From Macrostomum lignano (Eukaryota), in the NCBI GenBank assembly GCA_002269645.1, contig NIVC01000112.1:144520-208519 (forward strand): DNA of 64,000 nt, given 5' to 3'. The translations under genes were made by a program, and so were the position numbers. The notes beneath the pieces were generated by a model that worked only from the letters and a program-made list of their open reading frames with translations, did no database searches and was not told the DNA's origin. This document shows positions 53,751 to 64,000 of this stretch, piece by piece; position 1 is the first letter of the stretch, and each line of letters starts with the position of its first letter.

Positions 53751-56423
53751 TATTAATTTATAGTATAGTGTTGACAGTTGTCAACTTTAGGCAACCAGAA
53801 GTCTGGTAGCGTTGGGTTTTGTTTTAAAGCAGACAACAATGACACTTCAAGTGTAATTAATTGAGCTGAAAAATGAAGTTAACGCAAATTATTGCACCAA
53901 ATATTAGGTCACTATAGTCAAATTCACCATTAAAATATGACCAGTATATTCCAATTTACAATTAGAATAAAAAGTACATTCTCATCTACCACTAGAATGG
54001 AATAATACATTCTAACCTCTTAGTAGAAAAGACTAGCACAATTTCATATTTCATTAGTAAGTGAATTATTATTAACTAAAAATTAGACATCTTATCTAAA
54101 TAAGGTGTCTATTTAGGCCTATGCTATATACCTACATCCTATATACCTATTTAGGCAATAACAAAACAATTTGTAGCCAACAATATAAGCCTATGCCATG
54201 TTAAAAAGCTGCAAAAGATTACGATAAACAAAATGAAAAACGAAGCCTATGTAACTCATCAGTTATTACTAAAATTTTGCTTTTCAACACAATAAGAAAT
54301 AATATTCTATAGCAGTATGTTTTTAACATTGTATGTGAATTATAACAAAAAATGAATTCTTAATATACACAAATATGCACTGCATGGCTATGTTGCTCAA
54401 TTGTTATAGGGACTATCTAAAATTTATACATGGCAATATAATACTTGCCATATTGATCAGTTTTATATTTGCTTAAAATCTGGGGTGCCAGCATCAGCTA
54501 GAAAGCAATCAACAAAATGCTGAGTATAGGCCTACCCCTATTAGTAGGGTGCCTGCAGCAGATGATGTGGCCTGCCAGCTAGAGTTGCCAATGGTACAAT
54601 AGGTCACTTGGATGGACTAGGCTAGCATAGTGATACAAAGCCACATTGGTTACTTGCTAATAGCTGATCTTGAAGGTGGCACACAGCAGGCCAGTATACA
54701 TTATGTCAACTTGCTACTCAAGCAAATCTATCAGTCAGTAGGGCCTATCCAGGTCTTAGTATAGTATAACAGGATAGTCTTAGCCACTGCCTGGAACAAT
54801 GCCACCCTTTGGCAACTAGGTAGGGCCTTAGACAATATGACTGCCCTCACAGAATGAAAGGCAGTCTAGACAAGACTGCTACAAATCCTTGTGGATACCA
54901 AAAACCAGACTGCTCAGATAGACAAACTGCTAACAATGCAGAAACCCTGTTGCCTATCCATTAAAACTTGGCACAAGATTCTAGCCTAATGTTGTCTAAT
55001 ATGCAAGAGAAGATTAACCAAGCATATTGAGCTCCATACTTAGGATCAAGAAGGTGTCCTGTATGCCAGATTTTTCTGGCTTGCATTAGCCCTTCATAGT
55101 TCATTATTCAATGGTGTGCATGTTTGGCATGCTTGAATCTTAAAAAATGTATTTGGTGTAGAAAACAAATTTATTACTTTGTGCAATATACACTGCGAAA
55201 AAAAATGTGTATTGTATAATAAGTAGGAAAGGTAATTTTGAAGACAATTTCAATATGTTCATATATTGCTGAATGTCTATGGTCTTTTAAAAATGTATTA
55301 TACCAATAAATTGTTAATTATCCTGCATCACTGCAATGGCTTGAATGATTAGATTATCCCTATATTCTATAAGTTTTGCTTGATTACTCTCAAACATCTC
55401 TAAAATGCTACAAAATTGCATATTTGTTGCCATGCATATATTTGCATATATTCCATGCATATATTTTAACCCATTAAGACTACATTTTATGTAATACTTA
55501 AGCCTTATAAGTATGAAAGTATGACACAACTCACATGAGTGACAATTATCCCATTAGCATTAGCCTATACATATTTTCTAAAATATAAACAAAACATAAC
55601 TAAATTTGAATGCTAAAAGCATATACAAATATTGAACATACCAAAGGCAACTAAAGCCTTATCTCAACTAGCTCTACCTATGAAACCGACAGTTATACCA
55701 ATCATTTCTTTTACTTATCTAAAAGTTGGTTGCTAGTATATGCCAAAAATGATTAAAATGCTTTGTGATAGAAAATTGATATTGATAAAAAAGTTTACAT
55801 TGCAAGATAACATTATAACATTTTATTGACTTTATATACTATTTGATTAAATTTCATTGCTTATCTTAATGTGTCACTTTTTTCAGCTTTGTGTTTCTGT
55901 AACTAAAACTAGCCCTAGGCCCATATTATAAATAACTTAAATATTAGCAAAAGAACAAGTAAATATAGTTTTCATTATTGCATAATACAATTTGACTCTA
56001 GCTTGGACTCTGACTTAAATGTCTATGAGGCTAGGTCAGTTAAATTTAACTAGTTCTAGACCAACTAGGGAGTCTAGATCTAATTTATTAGTTGAAGATC
56101 ATGAAAGCAGAAGCAGAATTGAACCTGAAGTTTCTGAAAGTCACCATCAGCATTGGCCAAGGCAAGGAGTTCCACTACCACTTAGACTACTATTGCAGCT
56201 GCAAGATGTTTCAGTATTAGAGATTAAGCCCAACTCATTATTGTTGTGTCGTGACTAGGAGCCCGTAAAAGGGCCGTTTGTCTAACTAACCTTTTCTTAC
56301 TTTTTCTTACTACTCTACTTTAAGTAGTGCAGTTAATAAATTATTCGTATATTGTATTGTGAAACTTATTTTTAATCACGTGACATTTTGGCGGTTGAAT
56401 TTATCGATCGTGTAACAATTTAC

Positions 56424-58729
56424 TGTTAAATATCAAATATAAGCGCGGGTTGCCCTAAGTGGAGCTCGTACCTTTTTTCCGGCAAAAGTCTTACCTGCCA
56501 CGTACTCGTGTTTCCTGTGTTAGTCTGTTGAGACACCACATTGGCGACGAGGATGGGATGAAACGCCTGAGGAAGTTGGCGGCGCCCAGGAACGACTGCA
56601 GCTCCTTCTGGGAGGTCGGAGCCCGGATCTCTTCGAAAGCACGCGTACGCGAATCGCCAACACGGAACCCGTCGCCGGAAACTAGGAAGCCGAAGAATTC
56701 GATCTGCGGCTGTCGGAACTCGCATTTCTGCTTGTTCACTGTCAAGCCCCTGTCACTGAGTCGCCGCAGTAGAGCCTCCAAACAGCGATCGTGCTCCGTC
56801 GTGGTGGCACTGAAGATGATGAAATCGTCGAGGATGTGCTCCACGCCGTCCAGGTCGGCCACCAGATCGTCGAGCATGCGCTGGAACGCCGCAGGCGCTG
56901 ACGTCAGACCGAACGGCACTCGGCAGTACCTGTATAGGCCCTTGTGCGTGATGAAGGCTGTCAGGTCGCGCGAAGACTCGTGCAGCTCCATCTGCATGTA
57001 GCCGGCCTTCAGGTCCACCTTGCTGAAGATCTGTCCTTTGGCCCCCTTGATCTTGGCAGCGATGTCGTCCAGCTGGGGCATCGGGTGTTGGTCGGATATC
57101 ACCGCCTTGTTGGGCTCCCGGATTTCGACGCAGACCCTGATGCTGCCGTCCTTTTTGGTGGTGGTCACCAGGTTTGACACCCAGCGACTCGAGTCGACTC
57201 GCTCGATGATGCCAGCCGCCTCCAGTTTGTCGAGCTCAGCCTCCACCAGCTGCTGCTTGGCCAGCGGTAGACGACGCAGAGGCTGGCGCACTGGCGGCAC
57301 GGAGGGGTCGATGACGGGCTTGTGCACGGCTCCGCTGCAGCAGCCGATCTGCTCGCTAAAGGCCGCTGGGAACCGCGCCTCCAGCTGCTCCGCGACGCTG
57401 TTCACCTCGCTGACGTCCTCAGAGATGCTCACATGGAAACCGAACTTATCCATGAGGTCTCGACCTGCAATGTTGTCGCCGTGCTTCGCGATGTAGAATA
57501 GGTGTTGCAGCGAACGGTTGTTGTGCTTAACGGGGACCACCGCTTGGCCCACGAGATCGATCAGCTTGCCGCCGTATGCGCGCAGCTTCATCGTTGTCGG
57601 CTGAGGTAGCACGTCGGTCAGGAGCGCGGCCGTGTCGGCGTTCAGCAGTGACACCTTGGCGCCGCAGTCGATCAGAGTATTGACCGGCACCTCTGCTTGT
57701 CCGAGCCGCAGCTGCGCACGGATCTCACCGTCTCCCTGCACGGCGTATATAGTGACCGCCTCGTCCGGGCCGTCCTGAGCCTGGCCGGTCACTTGGAGCG
57801 CCTTGCTCCGGCAGCAACGGCTGAAATGGTTCATTTTGCCGCAGTTGTTGCAGGACTGCCCCTTCGCTGGGCAGTTGCCGTCGCCGTGACTGCGTCCGCA
57901 GCGAGAGCAGGCCTTGGCGGCGGGTCGACTTTGCTGGCCTTTCTTAGCTGGCTTCGCCGCGCCACTCCACTTCGCCTTTGGCTTCTGCGCCTGCTGGACC
58001 GCGTGCACGGGCTCCGCTGTGCCCATCAGAGCCTGACAGCCCTTTGACGCCTTCTCGATGGTGACGGCGATGGCGAGGGCCCTCTCCAGCGTGAGAGTAG
58101 CCGCGTCTTCCGTCAGCAGTCGCTCCCGGATGCGAGCGCTGCCAGTCTTCTCTGCCAGTTGGTCTCTGGTGAGCTGGTCTCGGAGATTTCCGTACTCGCA
58201 GGGCTCGGCCAGCTCCCTGAGCGCGGCCACGAAGGACTCCGCGTCTTCGCCGGGCAACTGGTGTCGTTGGCGGAATCGGAAGCGAGCCACCATCACGTTG
58301 GGCTTCTCTTCGAAGATCCCGTCCAGCTTTGCCTTCGTCTCCTTGAAGGAATCTCCCTCCGTGAGTGCTTGCCTCGCCTTGGCAATGCGCTGGCCTTCGA
58401 ATCCGAGCAGGTGGAGTAGCAGATTCCTCTTTGTGGGTTCTGCCTCGGATTGCCCCTCCGGCTCCCGAAACTGGGATGCCGTGTAGAAGAATTCAAACGC
58501 GTCCAGCCATCTTGGCCACGGGACTGCCGGTTGGCTGCTCACGGGAAGGAAAGGCGCTGGTGCTGGAAGGCTGGGTCCACTCATCCTCGTCGCCAATGTG
58601 GTGTCTCAACAGACTAACACAGGAAACACGAGTACGTGGCAGGTAAGACTTTTGCCAGAAAAAACAGGTATGAGCTCCACTTAGGGCAACCGGCGCTTAT
58701 ACGAGCATACGAGTATTTGATATTTAACA
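56424..58729 (-). mobile_element. Ty3/gypsy LTR retrotransposon fragment (gag-protease-RT) bounded by two inverted LTR+PBS units
   Basis: Uninterrupted minus-strand ORF from ATG 58584: gag, zinc knuckle CNNCGKMNHFSRCC, protease LIDCGA, RT (FSKVDLKAGYMQM, VPFGLTSAPAAFQ, ILDDF), breaking at FLGAANFLRRFIP (about 56556). No RNase H or integrase. LTR TG...CA at 56424-56540 (+) with PBS TGGCGACGAGG at 56542-56552, and at 58729-58597 (-) with PBS at 58595-58585. Confidence 0.92.
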
Positions 58730-60748
58730 ATTATCTATTCCATTGCCATTGCCAGCAGCATTTATATTAATTGGCAAATATACTCAAGTAATCTTTACTT
58801 AAAGAAAGCTAATTGTAAAGCTGGGCTCTAACTTTTCTCACTGTGGTATTTTCCCTTGACTGCTTTATGAGTATTATAAATTCTATCTTTTAACTTCTGT
58901 TCTATATTAGATATACATGGGTACATATACTCATTAATATGATTAAAACAATTAAAATGATATGATCAAAGTTAAGAATATTAACTTCGATAACTTTGAG
59001 ATATAGATATAGTGATTATAATAGGGCATTAATTTAGCGGGTGAATTTAGATATGCTTTTACACAACTCTTGGGAAATCATCCTATTGCATTGCCTCTAA
59101 CTTCAGTTTTATCAAGGAAATTCAAGGTAAATAAAGGGGAAATAAGGAAGTGGGAGTAAGGATTAGTTTGCACAAGAGGAGTCTTGCCTCAACATACTAT
59201 TGGGAGTCTTGTCTAAAGCACATAGCGGGGAATAGGAGTTAATGTAAAACCAACCTTTGTATAAGTAACAATTTCTTTTTATTTTTTACTTGTATTAAAA
59301 CTTATATTAACTAAAATTCATTGGTGTCCTGACTCTGTTCTTTAAACACTATATACTAGGATTAGAAAAAAGCAGGCACTTAGTGGCATCAAAATCTACC
59401 AATATACCCAGAAAATCCACTAAGTTCTAAAGTAGACAAAACCAGTAAGCTGAGACTGCAAGTACTACGCTTGTCTATGATTCATATATATTAAACTAAA
59501 AAAACATTTTTATGTACTAACCTTTTGTTAAGACTTATTAAATTGTTTATAAAAATACATACAATTTTATATCACTTAATTGTTTAATGTTTATTTATTT
59601 ATGTTTTCTTTTTATAAAATATATGATATATAATATGATTATATTTAAATCATTATATGTGCATTATAAGCTCCTTCTCATTTTTGTTCTATTTTAATAT
59701 TGTTGCCTTGCTAACCTGATACTAAACTAAACTCATTACAGTTTTCAATATTTTATAGTCCACCATTTGTCATATTTCAATAGGTTCTAGCTCCATTAGT
59801 GCTTCTATATATAGTACAAGCTGTTGAAACCCGCGGAATTTGAACCCAGGGAATTCCAACCTCCGGAACTATTTTTGCATGTATTCTCAAATCTGAGCCC
59901 ATACTTAAACAAAAACTTTTTAATAGTTAGGAATTTAGGATAGAGTTAAACATAAAATAGAGTACATTCATATACAATTAGTATTTGAAGCAAACATTAA
60001 TATTGTTAGTTTGTGGTTGGGGTGCTGCACAGAATGTCAGGCAAACTCATGGCCTTTGCCTTTCCTTGTGTCCCTTAGAAATTGGATCATTAGAAACTTC
60101 TATCTCTACCTTCTCTTCTGTTTTCTCTCTTCTTTCTGGTCTATGGTCTCTTCTCTTTCTCCTCTATCCCCTCTTTTCTCGTCTATTCCCTCTTATTATT
60201 TTCTCTCCTCTCTTCTCCTCTCTCGTCTCTGCTCTCATCTCTCCCTTCTCTCCCTTTCTCCTATTTTATCTCTTCCCATTTCTCTCTGCTCTCTGCTTTT
60301 GGGTGTGCGCTGTAGCAGTTGTAGTTGTAGGGTTGCATAGCCATTCTAGAGTTCTAGTCGATCTAGTTTTAATTCAATAATAGATCTAGTCATTATTTAG
60401 AATATATCTTAATTACTTTGATTATATAGATTGTTCAGATACAAATATATATGAAATAAATTAGGGCGCATTGCACCCACAAGCCAGGAATGCATTCATT
60501 CATTCATCTGTCATCAGTGCCATCATAAAACAAAATCAAAGTGATTGTTTGAATTGTTGAACCATCAAGAAACTTATTTTACAATATTATAATAATGGTG
60601 GCTAATACCAAAGTAGATTGTATTATTGGCCCTAGTACTAGTGCCATGGACACTGGATAACAAAGACTCCTTTTAGTTAATGTAGGCTATGCTGATTAGG
60701 AACTAATGAAGCTAAAAAATGACTAAAAGGTTAGGTTAGGCCTATAAA

Positions 60749-61150
60749 TAGAGGTTAGATGGGATTGAAATCTTTGGATAAGATTGGGATCAAGAATTAT
60801 TTTTTTCTTAGGATTGGGATTGGGATTCAAGAATTAGGATCAGGTCTTTTAGTGTATTGTAATTTGTAGGTCCATATAAAGTTAAACAAAATTGAGCAAA
60901 AATGTCAAGATCAAAAGTAAAACACAACAAAATTAAAGCAAAATTTTGTAACAAATAAAGTAATAATGTAATGAATACAAGTTAAAAGAAAATACATTTA
61001 AATAATCACTAATTCTATAAACTTTTGATTTTTGATCAAAAGACTTGTTCCTAAATCTTTTGTTTTTTGGGGTTGGGATCCTGGTCTCGCGGAAATACAA
61101 TTTTTCTTGGGATCCCAGGGTTTTGGGATCTGGATCCCATCTGACCTCTA
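60749..61150. mobile_element. hAT-like MITE (~400 bp)
   Basis: 17-bp TIRs TAGAGGTTAGATGGGAT / ATCCCATCTGACCTCTA (1 mismatch). Flanks CCTATAAA and CCTATATA form a 7/8 match to an 8-bp TSD. Confidence 0.7.
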
Positions 61151-64000
61151 CCTATATAAACATAAACACCCTAAATTACAAAATTGCAAAAAATAACTAG
61201 GATAGGCACTTCAGTGAGAAAATTAAATTTCAGAAATTGTTATAGGCTGCTATTTCACTAGATAGATCTTACTTTCCCATTTCCAAAATGGCCAAACTTT
61301 AGTGATTTGGTTGAGTAATAAGGAAACTACAGCTATTTTAGTAACCCCGATTTGTGCCTTTAGCCAATGGAATTTTTACATTACGGTTTGTGATCATTTT
61401 TGGCCAAAAAGTTGGCTTTTTGTCTTTGAACACTTGTAATTAATTTTCTAGCCAACCAAAATGACTGTGCTTGGTGTCATTTTGTTCAGTTTTTTAGTGT
61501 TAATTGTATGAATTATATATTTTAATATTATTTTATATGCCCAAGTTGCTAAGCTAATTGAAACAGGATGGGTGTATGAAATTTTGACTATTTTAACCAG
61601 ATACGCAATGATTGCAATTTTAAAAATACAATAGCATCTGTTCTGCTTGCTTAATTTATACAAGGCTAGTGTCATTTTGTTCAGGTTTTTACCTACTATA
61701 ATACTATTCTACTTCTTGCCCTAAATTTTTAATGCATGACAGACACCCCAACTGCAATGTAATGTGCTGTACAGGCTTTGCGCATGGGTTTATTAAAAAA
61801 CGGTTTTGCCTATCGTGTTCAGCATAGCAGAATTAGTTAAATGACACAGAGAACTAGTTTGCCGGAAGGCAGAGTCTCACAAAAAACACGAAATACACGT
61901 TTCAATGGGTATTTTACATGTAAACGTATCAAAAAAAGAAACCTCCACAAAATTTTTGCGCCTATAGCTATTGGCAAGCGGTTTTTTTTACTGTGCTTGT
62001 ATTGTCAATAGGTAATGAAAAATATAAAGAGAAACAATGCAGGAAAAGGATTTCATGGAAAATTTTGGATTTGAAATTTTGCATAGAGCCATATGGGCAT
62101 TAAAAGAAAAAAAAAATTTTTTTTAACACCAGAAAAATGTTTCTAAATTATCCCTTTACACTATAAAACCTTTGTTTCCATTATAAGAAACACATTGCAG
62201 CTAAGAAAAAGCATTTTCTGAACCACTGTTTTTTTATTCATTTTGGCTTCAATTTTATATTCCTCCTAAAAAATGGTCAACTTTAAAAATAGACAGTGCA
62301 AAAAGTATAACAAAGCTAGACTTGCAGTTGGTGTCATTTGAAAGAGCTCCTTTTTACCTTTTAAATGCATATTTTACTTTCATCCTGGCTTCTATAGTTT
62401 CTTTAAAATCGCCCTTGAAAAATTGAACTTTTTTCTTACTTTTTTGCCATTGGCACGCACTTCTTATAACTCACTGAAGTCCCTAACTAGGAACCACTTC
62501 AAATATGCCCAAAGTCAGGGGCGTGGCCGCAAGTAATGCTAGTTTGTTTTGCCCAATTATTTTTAAGTTTAAATCATTTTAGCATATGAATTTATTCAAG
62601 TGACAACTACCCCATACTCTGAAAAATTTAACACATGCCAGAATTTTCTGGTGTGAATTCTAAAATGTCGACATACATGCAAAGCATCGTGCTAATGAAA
62701 AAAAAACTTGCTAGAAATAACTTAAAATTAAAATTTCAGTAATATACGCCTACGCCTATAGGCCCTGAATCTTGTAGCCATGGTGCTTTACTAAATAATG
62801 TATATTTATAATCAATTAGCCTTAGTCACTTTGGTCAAAGTGATTGTTAATTTGTTACCTAATAGTAGAAAAATATACTGATCAAATAGATGCGCGCGCA
62901 GTTTATTAGAAACTAGATTGCAGCAAAACCAGTTTAAAATTTAGATCCATCTAGTTTTAACAAAAATAATATAGCATTAAGAGGCAATATTTAGGAGTAC
63001 AGAAAGTAAAATAGTACTTATTAATTAAAACTGTTAAAAAAAATTTAGTTGCTATTTTATTACCTTGTTAGGCAATCTTTATCTACATTAGTAAAAAAAC
63101 ATTTGGTCAACGTTGGATCGAGAAATTTTAATTACTTTTTATTTTTAATCAATTATTTCATTTCATTTGCTGTAAACCAGAAGAATTGTATCTAAACTTA
63201 AAAAAAACGATAAGTTGACAAGCTAAGAGTCTCTACTAAAACATGATTTTTATTTTTAAAAATTTAAGTAAAACTTTGACAAAACTAAAACTAAAAGTAT
63301 TTAGGTGGTTAGGCCTATTACTAGTAGTCTTGGGTGGGCCTACCTGTGCTGTGGGCTGTGCAGCCTGTGCTGTGGTTCCAGCTAGGTCTAGTATTGTTTA
63401 TGGGGGTAATAGCTAGGGCCTAGAGTTCTGGTACTGTAACTCATTTTCTAATGGCTATGGCCATGGGTCTAAGGTCGAGTATGGATCTAGGCTCATCTAG
63501 TAGGCCTAGTCTTCTGCAGGAAGTTATACTACAAATGAAATCTTTGAATAGAAGTAACTTGTTTAAGTTGTTTTAAATCTTATCATTTTGTTTTGATCTT
63601 ATCTTGAACAAAATCTCAATATCAACCACCTATTAAAAAGTAAAATGACTCTTATATAGGTGGCAGGCCCCTAGGCCTAGAGCCTAGGCCTATAATATTA
63701 CATCTTTTCCACCCTAAGTGAAAATCCTTATTAGCATTGTTTATCTTGTTAACATTAATAAGTACTAGCAAGTATATATATGCTTAGAGAGACTGAACAT
63801 TCCACATAGAATGCAATAACCATGTTAAATCAATATAGTTATATAGGTCTATTTGTGCCTATGATGCCTAATTTGTGGCTATGGGTCTTCAAATACAGTT
63901 TTAATACTATTAGCTAGCGAGCAAGATAGTGCCATTAGCTACAAGTATTTATATAAAGTATACATAGGTCTGTTGTATTAAGTATATAGGATAAAGCCAA

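Noticed and set aside
56424-58729. DIRS-type element, because of the inverted termini
   Set aside because: It encodes an aspartic protease and gypsy-type gag/RT, has tRNA PBS motifs, and shows no tyrosine recombinase or internal complementary region.
58800-64000. Short ORFs in the AT-rich right end (for example 59985-60380)
   Set aside because: Low-complexity CT-rich or AT-rich sequence with no domain signal or splice-consistent structure.

Overview
Eukaryotic (animal) genomic DNA with GC-rich exons, GT-AG introns packed with minisatellites, and AT-rich intergenic DNA. The style suggests a free-living flatworm such as Macrostomum, but this is an inference and was not tested. I rebuilt five spliced genes by hand, and every junction I could place is frame-consistent. 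(1) Hsp110/HSPA4-type chaperone (-, 9628 to 154, continuing off the left edge) with an upstream heat-shock element. (2) PH + tyrosine-motif linker + three degenerate SH2-like domains (+, 18426-28045). (3) An unnamed protein of about four repeated modules ending in CCSCQLL (-, 36692-29755). (4) DH-PH RhoGEF ending in CSLL with no 5' coding exon found (-, 47000-37580). (5) Sec2/Rabin8-type Rab GEF (-, 53750-50451). Mobile DNA comprises a 5'-truncated RTE-type LINE, tRNA-derived SINEs, LINE 3' fragments, several MITE or TIR elements, and a Ty3/gypsy gag-pro-RT fragment. The most unusual structures are: a gypsy fragment bounded by two INVERTED LTR+PBS units; one exon bracketed by inverted copies of the same minisatellite; three co-oriented genes (two GTPase GEFs plus an unknown protein, the last two with CaaX ends) that may be polycistronic; and an intronic minisatellite whose units each carry a consensus 5' splice site. 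No rRNA, bona fide tRNA or CRISPR array is supported.
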